Notes under the pieces: generated by a model | The model's input: the letters and a program-made list of their open reading frames with translations, nothing else | What the model was told of the DNA's origin: nothing | Databases searched by the model: none | Origin: Stegostoma tigrinum | Lineage: Eukaryota | Reading direction: 5' to 3' | Assembly (NCBI RefSeq): GCF_030684315.1 | Contig: NC_081367.1 | Location: forward strand, 11,886,792-11,950,791 | Length of the DNA stretch: 64,000 bases | Made by a program: the position numbers and the translations under genes | In this document: one piece after another, positions 48,201-58,400 of the stretch | Layout: every line of letters starts with the position of its first letter | Numbering within the stretch: position 1 is the first letter of the stretch

Positions 48201-51200
48201 ACAAAAATAACTAGATACTGTAATCATGAAAGAAACATAGTCAGAGGAACACAGTTCTGAATCACTGGTCCAAAATCACAAAACTAGTTTTTCCTTTCTT
48301 CAATTATACCTTGATGTTATTCGTACAGCAATGGTCAGTCTTTAGTTCACTAATTAATCTTTCTTTTACTCTCGACTTTAGCATTCTTCCTTTCAATAAT
48401 TCCAAATGTAGGTCTTCCCTGATCCTTTAACAGAGAAATTGCTCAGAGAGGTTAACTTTTCAGACTAGAGGAACATAGAGAGAGAGAGAGAGAGGGGGGG
48501 GGGGGCGGGTGTGGGGGGGCAGGGGGAGACAAAAAAATATGTTGATGCTGCAGGCTTCCGGGGCTTCCGTCATCTGTGGTTTCATTCCCCTCACTGGCTC
48601 TGTGTTAACCTGCAGCCAGCCCAATCAGAACATTGTCCCTATGCTGAACCCTCTTGTGCACACGACAGGGTGCCAATTAAAAAGCCAATCAAAATACTGT
48701 CTCCAGGCAGAATTGCCTGGAAGCACACAATAGGGGATGCCTATTTGTCTGGACTGCTCTCTCATTTCTCTCAGGAAGCAACATTTCAATCACTATCACA
48801 ATTCACACTCTGCTCCAGATAACATGTTTCTCCAACTGCAAACATCTTCATACAAAGTTTTCGATTTTCACCTTCAATCCAAAATAAAGCAAAATGGTCT
48901 TTAAAACAGTTCCTTGGGATTGAAGATGACCTTTTATGGCTTTGAGGGTCCTGAGTGTACTCAAAGAGAGCTTGGCCTCCATTTCATCCAATCAGGGACA
49001 CTCCTAACAGTTGGCACCTTCAAGGATGTTTCTTCTCAAGTTTGAGTTATCATGAAATCCCATGGATTAATGGGGAAATTGCATTTGTTTCAAGGAAGCT
49101 TCAGGATATCTTTAACTGACCAGAGCTGAGCTTTCTTTCTTGACAGAGCAGTGAGGGATTCACCCTGGTTCATTGTAGCCCTGGGATGTCAACCTTGGAT
49201 TGAATAGGAAGTCTCTGTTGAGTAGCTGTTATCCCCACAGCGGGTAGGAACACAAGAGACCAAGTACGAGTCAAAGTGTTAAAAACAGAGTAACGCACCA
49301 TCTATGAATCCAATTTAAAAAATCTTCTGCTCAATTGCACTGGTCTTCTCAGTTCAATTTGCCAGAAATTGGCTAAACCGTCAGAAGAGATCAAATAATT
49401 TCAAGTGCAAATTATGTTCAACACAACATCAAAGTTCTGCGATTTTTGTTTTGTGCTAGCTGAAAGAAAATTGCACTCAAAACTGGCCCTGCCAAGAAGA
49501 CTAACCATGTCCCATTGGGCTCTCAAGATTAAGCTGCTTTTAGAGGCACAAACACGAAAAGCACATTTTAAAAATGTATTTCTAAAATGACTATTTTTTA
49601 AAAAAATACTCTAAAACTGACTATTACACAAGAATGATATATACATCAAGCAATTTACTTTTACAAAGAGTCATACTGTACAGAAACAAATCCTTCTGTC
49701 CATCCAGTCCATGTCAAACATAATCCCAAACTAAACTAGTCCCAGCTGCTTGCTCCTGGCCCATAACTCTCCAAACCTTTCCTATTCATGTATCTATCCA
49801 AAGGTCTTTTAAATGTTGTAATTGTGCACACATCCACCACTTCCTCAGGAAGTTCATTCCAAATGCAAGCCACCCTCCATGTAAAAAAATTCCCATCATG
49901 TCTTTGCCAAATCTCTCTCCTCTCACCTTAAAAATTTGCCCCCTAGTCTTGAAATCCCCAGTCCTATGGAAAAGACAACTGCCATTCACCCTTTCTATAC
50001 CACCCATGATTTTATAAACTTCTATAAGGTTAGCTCTTAACCTCCTATGCTCCAGCGATAAAACTCTCAGCCTATCCAACCTTTCTTTATAGCTTGACCC
50101 TTCCATACCCAGCAACATCCTGATAAATCTCTTCTGAACATTCTATAGGTTAATAATATGCCAAAGGTTTTTAACAAATTACAGTCTATTGTACTGCCTG
50201 TTTGAGTTGGTTCATAGCAGATTTTATATTCATCACTATACAAATTAGTTTGATCAAAAACTTGAGTAAAAAATATCTTCTGAATACAAGAGAACTTTGC
50301 ACCGAGATCATCGATTGTGCTCAAGGCTGAATATCCTGTGTGCATTGTTTAATTTTTTGGCTTCTCTTGGTCTTTCTCTTTAGGCTGTTGAACATGAAGC
50401 AGAAGTAGATTCATTTATTAATGAGCAGCTCTTCAACAAGGAAGAGTTTGACTCAATTCTCCGAGAGGTGAGTTTGTAATAAATCCAGGGAGTACAAAAA
50501 GGATTAACCAAACATGGAGGGGACTGTAGGTCAGAGACTGGCCTTTCACACTCTGGGACATGACAGTACAAGGGTAGAGAATAGGCAGTGTGGGATATTG
50601 AAATTGTAAATGTTGTTTCAGAAGCACAGACTTCAGGAGCAGGAAGGATGAAGGGAGGTCTAATCAGATTTCGATGCCCTGTTTGTCTGAAAATGTCATA
50701 TGCCAGAAAGCCAGTTGGTGAAGGATACAACTGAGATCAATTGTATTCATGTTAATTAAGTCTCCCAACGAACGGAAATTGAGAATGTACTTATCGAGGC
50801 TATATTTTAAAAAGTTTTTTTAAATTTTATTTCCTTTTAAAACATTTTTTACTATTGGATATTTCACCATCCAGCACATCAACAGGAGTTAAAACCGAAA
50901 GATATTGTAAATCAGAAGCAAAAACAGAGGTTGCCAGAAAATCTCAGCAGGTCTGGCAGCATCTGTGAAGGGAAATCAGTTAATGTTTCAGGTCCAGTGA
51001 CCCTTCCTTGAATCTGATGGCAACTAGGAAAATGTTGGTTTATGCGCAAAATATAGGGTGGTGTGTGGGGTGGGGGGGGGGGGGGCAGCATCCATAGTCA
51101 TAAGATCATCAGCCACCATTTCCACCACCTCCAGTGATATGCCACCACTAGACACATATTCCCCTCCCCTCTCTTGTCTGTCTTCCACAGGGAGCATTCC

Positions 51201-54200
51201 CTCCAGGACACCCTGGTCCACACTTCCTTCACTCCAAATACCACCCTCCCTGCCTCACAGCACCTTCCCCAGCATCTGCCAAAGGTGTAACACCTGCCCA
51301 CTTCCCTCCTCCCTCTTCAGACTCCAAGGGCCCCAGAACGTACCTTCCTGGTGAAGCAACAATCAACCTGCAATTCCCACAATCTAGTCTACTATATTCA
51401 CTGCTCACAATGTGGCCTCCTTTACATTGGGGAAACAAAGCGTAAGATGTTTGCAGAACATCTATGTTATGCCGGCAAAAAGATCCTGAGCTTCCAGTTG
51501 CCTGCCACTTTAATGCACTGCCCTGTTCCCTGGCCAACATCTCTCTATCAGGTTTGCTGCAGTGTTCCAGCGAAGCTCAGCACAAGCTGGAAGAACAACA
51601 CCCCATTTTCTGCTTGGGGACCCTGCAACCCTTCGGACTCAATATTGAGTTCAATAATTTTAGGCCCTAAACTCTCCAGGGCCCAGCCCCCAACCCCACA
51701 CACCAGGCTTTGTTATCACACAGTCTGCCATTACACACTGCCAATTGGGAGCCACTAACAGTCTCCATTAACAGCTATTCATCCTCCTAGCCAGATCGTT
51801 ATCAACTCCTTTGCCTGGTCCAACTGTTCTCCTCTCTCTTTGGGCTCTATCCCCACCCATCGTTTACTCTTTATCTCCTCCACCCACCCTATTGTCTGCA
51901 TATAAACCAACATTTTCCCAGCTACCATCAGTTCTGATGAAGGGTCACTGGACCTGAAACGTTAACTCTGATTTTGACTTAACAGATGCTGCCAGACCTG
52001 CTGAGCTTTATCAGCAACTTCCGTTTTAATTTGTGACATCAAAACTAGTATCTAGCCCAGTCTCAGTAAGCAACCAGGAGGACTCCTGTTCCAAAACTCT
52101 TCAGTGGCCATTATTTTATTATGCAATTTATTCAAGATATACCTTCCACTTACAAACTTATGTTTGTTGGGATTACTACTGTGAGATCTCTCTTGTACAT
52201 TAAAGGGCTCTTCTCCAGCAGGAGACTGTTTTCTGACACAAATGTCACTTCCAGTTCCACTGTTAATGCTGCTACTGTGCCTTCTGATACTCCACCCTTC
52301 TATTTCTTTCTGCCAGCTTACAGGCCTTAATTCTTAGCTATCATCTTGATCATCCAGTGTTTAAATTTAAAAACCAGGATTTAAACTTGCCAGTACCTTT
52401 TATTTTGCACTTCCCACAATTGTGAGCTCTCTTCATGCAGTACACCTCTCTGGAATAATTGCCTGTCAGGGGCAATTGGCCTTTGATTGTTATAGCTCTG
52501 TCCTGTGTTTCATGATGATTTACATTATTTTTAATCAACCCTTGATCTACCATATTATGTTCCTTAGCACCTTCTTCACAAGAATCATGACCATTGAAGG
52601 TTCAAGGTATCTAATTCACTTCTATCAGCTGTATAGCTTCTGAGATTTTGCAATTAATTCTGATTAATCATGAAGGATAAAGCACGGCAGTTTTTTTGCT
52701 ATATCTATTAACTACTAAGTTACCACATGATTTATTATGGTATTAAGGTTTTACCATTCCCTTCTATAAAGTACAAAATCACTTGCATTAAACTCAGTCT
52801 CCATCAGCCTGTGCAACACTAGAGTTCCCCTTTCAATTGTCTTGGAGATCACAACTTTGATGAAAATTTGTGACCCTGCATGGAAAGAATCTAAATGTTT
52901 AGAAAAACATTCAACTAACTGTAGTACCTTCTGGAGCAGGAGGACTATATCACAGCACAGAAGGCAGCTTGGAATTTTGCCCAAAACCTAATTGAATCAT
53001 CCCACAACCATCGGAAGGTTTTTGCATAGATTTCCTGTGACAAAGCGATTGTCATTTTGCAATTTTGTTGATCACCTAAAATTGTATATGTGTCATATCG
53101 TCAATCACCATATCGTTCCTTTCACAGAGCCTATTGCTGAAAGGACTTTCAGTTTGGTATTCAGAAGTGGCTGTGAACTCATCAGTGGCAAATTCCCTTC
53201 CATTTCTGCAAAGTTGTACTGACCTGCTTTTTTGTACTTATAGGTAGTTCATGAGTTAATTATATTTATGCCAAAGAAAAATCAGCCAGAAACATCACTG
53301 GTACCTCAGATAGAACCAGCAACTTATTCATATGAGACAACATAACACAATACTGCAACTTAAATGCTAGTACTGATTCAGGGAACTGTAAACTTAATTT
53401 TGTTAATATTTTGTACAATTTGTCCAAATTCAAACTATATTCTTCCATGGAAAAAAAAGTTTTCCAAAATCTATCAAAACTTAACTTTCCCTCAGATGTA
53501 TATAATGGGTCATTTTTCTTATGAATTTCACCCAAGAACTTAGTAGAAAATGCAAATTTTTTTAACATTGAAGTGATGGACATTCATGTCGCAAAATACT
53601 TCTCATTTTACGTGTTGTAGAACATGGAAGCACTAAAGTAATACCTTGTTTCTTTTTTATGAAGGATGTAATCCATGTACCCACTTTGTTCTTCCACTAA
53701 TTAAATGGTTCAGATGCCAACAACATTGGGAGAGTGGTTATACACCAACAATTTATACTTGACTTTCTGCTATTTTTCACAAAACTAATTATCATTTTAG
53801 TTTTTCAATTCTTCGTCTTTCTGCTTTCAGTCTTATATTCGAACAGGCCAGTTGGTGAAGGAAAAAATTGAAGCTGGTCAATACAAACTTTTATAAGTAT
53901 TTATTTACAGGTTTACATGTTTCACACATGCATATCTTGGCTCGGTATGCACTATTGGGTGGCACGGTGGCTCAGTGGTTAGCAATGCTCCGTCACAGCT
54001 CCAGGAACCTGGGTTCACTTCCAGCCATGAGTGACTGTGTGGAGTTTACATGTTTTTCCTGTGTCTGTGTGGGTTTCCACTAGGTACTCCAGTTTCTTTC
54101 CACGGTCCAAAGTTGTGCAAGGTTAGATGGATTGGCTCTGCTACAATGCCTATAGTATCCAGGGATGAGCAGGCCAGGTTGATTAGCCATGGGAGATGAA

Positions 54201-55980
54201 GGGTTATTGGGATAGTGTAGGGGAGTGGATGTGGTTGGGCTGCTTTTTGGATGGGTGGTGTGGATTCAGTGGGCCAAATGGCCTGCTTCCTCATTGTAGG
54301 AATTCTATGATTTTCAATCTGTGTCTGTTTATAAGTGCACAAATGAATTCCTAATAATTGTCCATCACCAGTGTGCAATTAAGCACAAGTAATAAACAAG
54401 TAATAGTACTGTCGGAATCACTGGACTTAAAAGTTATTTGTCATTGCTCAACAGTACATCCATGTGCTTTTGTGCAGCTTCTTGAATTTCATCACCGAAA
54501 TAGAACAGTTGAGGATGCACCTCTCCAGTCTCCCTTACGCAGTTGATGTATTTCCTGCATGGCTGCACCCCCCCCCCCCCCCCCCAATCATTATGGCTGA
54601 TCTTATTGAGATTCAGCTCCACTTACCCACCCACTGACCATAACCCTTAATTCCTTCACTGTACAGGCCAGATAAGAATTCATTTCCTAATCTCCATACT
54701 AGTACCTAGCTAGCACCATTTAATAGCAATCTGATTGTTACAGTCTCTTTGCATGGCCCAATACTTTTGTCCATGTCAATATCTTGAGCTTTGACAGGAT
54801 TTCTCTTGATGTTCTGCCATTGACTTGCTATTCGCCACAGCAATGGACACAGTCTAAGATAATCTTCAGGCTTCTGGAAATGCTTCCCTACTTTCCCCTT
54901 AAAAGTTCCAATAGTCTCTGGCAAATAATTCCATGCCTCAGATACTATCCGAGTAAAGAAAGATTTTCTAACCTGTATCTCCAAAGCAGGTAATCTTCCC
55001 TGTTCACCCAATCAAAACATTTTCTTGTTCAAATGGATAACCCCCTACCAATATCAAATGACTCTTCTCATAACTGGAAATTCCCAACTGATTTCATCCA
55101 GGTGAGTTATAACGTGAATGTTCTTTACAAAATACCCATGCTTTAAAAAAGTTACTACAGCCATCCTCAGCAGTCAATGTACTGCCTAGTAGTGTTGCAC
55201 ATATATGTTTTTATTTGCACCTTCATGCTTTGTTCCTAATTGTCAATGCTTTTGACTTTATTTATAGATCTAACTATTTTTGGGGGAATGCATTTTAAAT
55301 CCCTCCTCATGCTCACCAGCACCTTTCCATCGAGTGTACAATCCAATGCTTTGTTTTTCATCCCTCTAATTGTGTCTGCACGTTAGATTTCATCTGTCCC
55401 TTATCTGTCCAATCCATTAATCTGTGTTTTCTTGAAATATTACATTTCTGCTTGCTGTTTGTTAATTCCCTGAACCAGCTCCAGCATTCCCCATCATTGC
55501 CACGCCAATTCCAAATACAACAGCAATTCGCAACATCATCTGTTCCTTGTTGTTGTTTGCAAGCTGTTCCGTTAGTCCCAAATTTGTCTTTCTGTTCCAT
55601 GCCAACCATTGCAACTTTGTTGTTCAAATGTTTGTTCCTCATTCCCATGACTGTGAGCCTTTTCTATTGCATTCATACCAATTCATATCAACTATAATCT
55701 AGGTTAGATAGCTGTTTCCATCTACAGTGTAAATGCCTAATAGTTTAAAGATCAACATCATGCCCCCTTTCCACTGTCTTTCTTCGACCAGCTCAGTTCC
55801 TGACTTTTTCCTCAATGCAGGCCCGGCAATGATCATGTAATCAGGAATACCAAAAGCATAAATCAATACTTTTAACTTTATTCTTTGATTTTGTCATAGA
55901 GCTCGATCGATGGCATCTTGCAGTGGGCTTTGCAAAACATTCCCAGGCCCGTGTCTGAGAGCCCTGGCCTTAATCATTAA
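16061..55980 (+). CDS. AIRE: Autoimmune regulator AIRE, spliced CDS of 13 exons (1605 nt, 534 aa)
   Basis: join(16061-16207,18656-18830,23738-23896,26553-26624,30014-30115,35337-35467,36146-36261,41556-41664,43893-44081,44904-45046,45205-45301,50384-50467,55900-55980). Phases chain without frameshift; domain order CARD-NLS-SAND-PHD1-linker-PHD2-CTD; no bromodomain. Confidence 0.95.
16890..18610. mobile_element. Penelope-like element with inverted duplication (minus copy about 16890-18005, plus copy about 18010-18610)
   Basis: RT motif [12 protein letters not shown] on the minus strand; GIY-YIG motif [17 protein letters not shown] on the plus strand; 16941-17534 is the diverged reverse complement of 18010-18609. 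Confidence 0.88.
18656..18830 (+). CDS. AIRE: AIRE exon 2 (CARD/HSR C-half), GC donor
   Basis: ttttcaacag|GAA...AAAG|gcaagt; 175 nt; [10 protein letters not shown]...[26 protein letters not shown] matches human [26 protein letters not shown]. Confidence 0.93.
20335..21130 (+). mobile_element. tRNA SINE (20335-20570) joined to a CR1 3' end (20570-21130)
   Basis: tRNA-like head (tggcctagtgg...ggttcaaatccc); CR1 tail ending (ctctatga)n. Confidence 0.8.
21730..23070 (+). mobile_element. Penelope-like retroelement (RT + GIY-YIG), decayed
   Basis: [47 protein letters not shown]; degenerate hammerhead-like ctgatga at about 22989. Confidence 0.88.
23738..23896 (+). CDS. AIRE: AIRE exon 3 (NLS region)
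   Basis: tttacag|AC...CCAG|gtaaga; [14 protein letters not shown]...PLKRKSPEE vs human DVDLSQPRKGRKPP...PTKRKASEE; phase 1/1. Confidence 0.92.
24156..24214. repeat. (CA)n microsatellite
   Basis: About 29 perfect AC units in AIRE intron 3. Confidence 0.97.
25052..25513 (-). mobile_element. solo LTR, 462 bp
   Basis: TG...CA ends; perfect 5-bp TSD GGTTC (25047-25051, 25514-25518); minus-strand TATAAA (25191-25196) then AATAAA (25110-25115); splits a SINE at about 24770-25560. Confidence 0.8.
26553..26624 (+). CDS. AIRE: AIRE exon 4
   Basis: gcttttcag|GA...AGTG|gtaagt; 72 nt, phase 1/1; [24 protein letters not shown] vs human GSQLKAKPPKKPES...RLPLGN. Confidence 0.82.
26975..27450. repeat. degenerate ~23-bp minisatellite interrupted by a SINE tail (about 27260-27385)
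   Basis: Repeated tcagtgagat(a/g)ttactctgtgtg-like units. Confidence 0.75.
28105..28428 (-). mobile_element. HE1-type tRNA SINE, full length
   Basis: Minus strand ggcagcatggtggctcagtggttagcactgcagcctcacag..., internal gtgtggagtttgcacattctccc, (aatct)n tail. Confidence 0.88.
28900..29880 (-). mobile_element. decayed CR1 ORF2 fragment
   Basis: Minus-strand remnants such as [15 protein letters not shown] and YLNKKK, typical of CR1 ORF2. Confidence 0.55.
30014..30115 (+). CDS. AIRE: AIRE exon 5 (SAND N-part)
   Basis: ttttaataag|GA...TCAG|gtatta; [34 protein letters not shown] vs human SVQRAV...AVEGILIQQVFES. Confidence 0.9.
32170..32530 (+). mobile_element. tRNA SINE, full length
   Basis: ggaggagatggcctagcgg head; 3' tail agggcagctagggacaggcaataaattctggccag...gaataaaaaa shared with the LINE at 4430-5660. 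Confidence 0.82.
33960..35290 (+). mobile_element. two CR1 3' fragments (33960-34480 and older 34600-35290)
   Basis: [18 protein letters not shown] motif and CR1 3' UTR ends; the last ends about 50 nt before AIRE exon 6. Confidence 0.75.
35337..35467 (+). CDS. AIRE: AIRE exon 6 (SAND C-part)
   Basis: ccattcag|GA...GCGCAG|gtattg; 131 nt, phase 1/0; [44 protein letters not shown] vs human [23 protein letters not shown]. Confidence 0.85.
36146..36261 (+). CDS. AIRE: AIRE PHD1 exon (human exon 8 equivalent)
   Basis: tgtctgaacag|AAA...CCCAT|gtaagt; 116 nt; [38 protein letters not shown], nearly identical to human PHD1. Confidence 0.96.
37020..37170. mobile_element. palindromic mini-element from inverted Penelope terminal repeats (second family)
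   Basis: aggtgtagagctgaatgaacacagcag...aggagcaggaaag / ctttcctgctcct...ctgtgtttgtccagctccacacct. Confidence 0.72.
37676..39180 (-). mobile_element. Penelope-like element with ~260-bp inverted terminal repeats
   Basis: 37721-37979 is inverted relative to 38917-39172; GIY-YIG-related remnants ([17 protein letters not shown]); imperfect 14-bp duplication acc(g/t)taaacc(t/a)atg at 37661 and 39181. Confidence 0.8.
39439..39860 (+). mobile_element. young Penelope terminal-repeat fragment
   Basis: Homologous to the reverse complement of 46110-46520; flanked by agaccag duplication; CpGs intact. Confidence 0.85.
39767..39796 (+). ncRNA. minimal hammerhead ribozyme motif (Penelope type)
   Basis: CTGATGA-A-GGGT(CTAG)GCCC-GAAAC-GTC: conserved core, stem II, palindromic ACGT stem III, GUC triplet; stem I only about 2 bp. 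Confidence 0.7.
41556..41664 (+). CDS. AIRE: AIRE exon (human exon 9 equivalent; end of PHD1)
   Basis: tctgctcag|TGGT...CAA|gtaagt; GTWRCLSC supplies the last Cys pair of PHD1; phase 2/0. Confidence 0.92.
42170..43340 (+). mobile_element. old CR1 RT fragment with HE1 SINE 3' part inserted (about 42536-42727)
   Basis: KFAEDTK motif (aaatttgcagaggacaccaaa); HE1 internal cctccgggtgctctggtttcctc. Confidence 0.65.
43893..44081 (+). CDS. AIRE: AIRE exon (human exon 10 equivalent; Ser/Pro-rich linker)
   Basis: tgtgcactag|GTG...CGG|gtaaca; 189 nt, phase 0/0, open, contains LEQLL. Little sequence similarity to human, so it is assigned by position, size and phase. Confidence 0.7.
44904..45046 (+). 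CDS. AIRE: AIRE PHD2 exon (human exon 11 equivalent)
   Basis: tattttcag|ATC...ATGAG|gtatgt; [26 protein letters not shown] vs human [26 protein letters not shown]. The start could alternatively be 44916. Confidence 0.9.
45205..45301 (+). CDS. AIRE: AIRE exon (human exon 12 equivalent; end of PHD2)
   Basis: cattacag|GACG...ATG|gtaagt; TGRCISC completes PHD2; phase 2/0. Confidence 0.88.
45545..45574 (+). ncRNA. minimal hammerhead ribozyme motif, identical to 39767-39796
   Basis: Within an ~88-nt Penelope tail (45542-45629) identical to 39764-39851. Confidence 0.7.
46099..47975 (-). mobile_element. Penelope-like retroelement, 5'-truncated (RT + GIY-YIG + terminal repeat)
   Basis: [52 protein letters not shown] in frameshifted ORFs; 12-bp TSD agttttatactt at 46087-46098 and 47976-47987. 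Confidence 0.92.
49670..50145 (-). mobile_element. CR1 LINE 3' fragment
   Basis: [30 protein letters not shown]. Confidence 0.85.
50384..50467 (+). CDS. AIRE: AIRE exon (human exon 13 equivalent)
   Basis: ctttctctttag|GCT...GAG|gtgagt; [16 protein letters not shown] vs human HEPALHRDDLESLLSE. Confidence 0.88.
50900..52030 (+). mobile_element. Penelope-like element (GIY-YIG fragment) with inverted 5' copy of its terminal repeat
   Basis: [21 protein letters not shown]; 50922-51062 is inverted relative to 51885-52027. Confidence 0.85.
51930..51967 (+). ncRNA. minimal hammerhead ribozyme motif (second Penelope family)
   Basis: AGTT-CTGATGA-A-GGGTC(ACTG)GACCT-GAAAC-GTT-AACT: 4-bp stem I (AGTT/AACT), 5-bp stem II, GUU triplet. 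Confidence 0.65.
52080..53900 (-). mobile_element. decayed LTR-retrotransposon gag(-pol) remnant
   Basis: Minus-strand [18 protein letters not shown] and [32 protein letters not shown] resemble retrotransposon gag; many stops. Confidence 0.55.
53957..54312 (+). mobile_element. HE1-type tRNA SINE, full length
   Basis: ggtggcacggtggctcagtggttagc A box, gggttcacttcc B box, tail attctatgatt. Confidence 0.88.
55900..55980 (+). CDS. AIRE: AIRE terminal exon (C-terminal activation tail)
   Basis: ttttgtcatag|AGC...TAA; [26 protein letters not shown] vs human HTFDGILQWAIQSMARP. Confidence 0.95.
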   Translation, partial: SSIDGILQWALQNIPRPVSESPGLNH

Positions 55981-56229
55981 TGGAGGCCTTCTTCTGTGGA
56001 GAAGCTGATCTAATCTGAATAGAAAGGTGCGCTGTGCAAAATCCAGCAGGTTTAGGACTAACAGTTGGGGAAGCAGCAACTGGTGACTAGATATAAATTC
56101 TTATAAGTCTATGTATGCTCCTCCCAAACTGATGAACACCAAAGGCAGCTGAAGAGGTCAATCCTGAAGGAGCAAAAGATGGATGGGTGAGATGGTGGAA
56201 ATATGGCGACTTTCCTTGGTTTCTTCCTA

Positions 56230-58400
56230 GAGACAACTCATTGTGAAGGTGTTGCTAGGTAACAGTGATCATGACAGGATTGAATTTCGCATTCAGTTTG
56301 AGGGAGAGAGAATGGATCCAATACTAGAATTTTAACCTCAAATGCGGGAAACCATGTGAGGATAAAAGCAGAGCTAGCTAAAGTGAATTGGAAAATTAGG
56401 TAAAGGGTAAGATCAATGGAGATATTTAAGGGTATCTCAGAATCCAGAGGATAGTTACATTCCGATGAGAAAAAAAATGGGAGGATGTCCTGTCCACAGT
56501 TGACAAAAGCAGCTAAAGACAGTATTAAACTCAAAAAAGGGCATCTAATTGCTCATGGATGGATTATAGGCCCAAACAATTGGACAGAAAATAAAATCAA
56601 AGAACGATTAGAAGATTCACGAGGAGAGAAGAACTTGAGTGTAACTGAAAGTTATCTGGAAATACTTTATTTTAAAATGTAGTAAGAATTTCTATAGACA
56701 TTTTAAAAAGAGTGAATAAACTGAATGTGGGTCCTCTGGAAAGTGATCCTGGGGTTTAATAAATGAAAATAAGGAGGTGGTAGCTGAATTTGACAGATAT
56801 TTTGCACCTGTCTTCATGTAGAGGATACAAGTAACATCTAAGAAATAGCTGTAAATCAGGAAAGATAAGGGAGGGATGAATTCAATAAAATTATTATCAT
56901 AAGGGAAGTTGTAGTGAGTAAATTGTTGGAACAATGGACTAACATGTCATTCATGCCTGGTGGATTCCATCATATGATCTTAAAAGAAGTGGCTAATGAG
57001 GAATTTGATGCATTGGATCTGTTTTCCAAAATTCCTAGATCTGGAAAAGGTTCCTTTTGTTGGGATAGAAAAACAAACAGAATGCAGAAACCTACAGGCC
57101 AGTTAGCTCAACATCTGTTTCAGGGACAATGTTAGAAGCAATTACTGAAGACATGATAGCAGGATGCTTAGAAAAATTCAAGGTACTCAGGTTTGCACAA
57201 TATAATTTTGTATAAAGAGAAATCAAGTGTAGCTAATTTATTGGTGTTTTTATGGAATTAACTTGTGCTTGGATAAAGGGAACTGGCGGGTGTGCTGTTA
57301 TTAGATTTGCAGAAGGTATTTCAGATGAGGCCACAGCAAAAGTTGTTTCAGAAATTAAAAGCTAGTGGTATGGAAGCAATATATTGGCACAGATAGAAGA
57401 TTTGCTAGTAAACAGGAACAGAGAATACATATTTTCCAGCTGTTGAGATGTAATTAATGATGTGTCACAGGGATCAGTGCTGGTGCCTCTTCATTTTACA
57501 ATTTGTAGAAATGACTAGGATGAAGGGACCAAAGATTTGGTTGCCACGTTTACAGGGAAAAAACAATAGTTGGCAAACTAAGCTGTGAAGACAACATGAG
57601 GAGGCTAGAAAGCAATATAGTTAGGTTAAGCTAGTGGGCAAAGATCTGTCAAATGAATGATACATGGGGGAATGTGAAATTGCCCATTCTGGCAGGAAGA
57701 ATAAAACAGATGTATTATCTAAGAAGTGAAACATTGCAGAGCACTGACATGCTGAGAAATCTGGATGTTCTGATAATGAATTGCAAAAGGTGAAGTGCAG
57801 GGAGAACAATTAATTAGGAAGGCTAATAGAATGTTATTGTTTATTGTGAGGGCACTTGAAAACAAAAGTAGAGAGGTTATGTTTTTGTTATACATGGCAC
57901 TGGAGAAACCACCTCTGGAATACTTTATACAATACTGGTCTCCTTATTTAAAGAAGCATTGGAAACAGTTCGGAGACTTATCTGGAATGTTCAGAAGTCT
58001 AATGAAGAAAAGTTATGATGGAGCTGTGTATAATGTTGGTTCGGCCACAGCTGGAGTATGTGTGCAGTTCTGGTCACCACACTATAGGAAGAATATGATT
58101 CCAGTGGAAATGGTGCAGCGGAGATTCACCAAGATATCATCTGGATTGAAGTGATTCAGCTATGAGGAAAGGCTAGATAACAGAGTTGTCCTCAGATGGT
58201 TTTTCTCAGGTTTTGCCGCCACACTGAGACTGCCAAAAGCAACTCCAGACATCACCGTCACTGAAGCCGAGCCAACAGAAAATGCTGATGGAGATCTGAT
58301 TATGGTATAAAAACTTATCAGGGGGCAAAGATAGACTAGGTAGGGAAAACTTCCCATTTATAGTGCAGGGGTCAATAACCAGACGCACAGTTTTAATTTT
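56230..58400 (+). mobile_element. long decayed CR1 ORF2 (endonuclease end + RT)
   Basis: GNSDHDRIEF, LDLQKVF, VSQGSVL and LEYFIQYWSPYL motifs; starts about 250 nt after the AIRE stop. Confidence 0.8.

Noticed and set aside
48600-48700. Internal promoter with three CCAAT motifs next to a GA/poly-G tract
   Set aside because: Short motifs expected by chance or from an unrecognised repeat; no TSS or CpG-island support.
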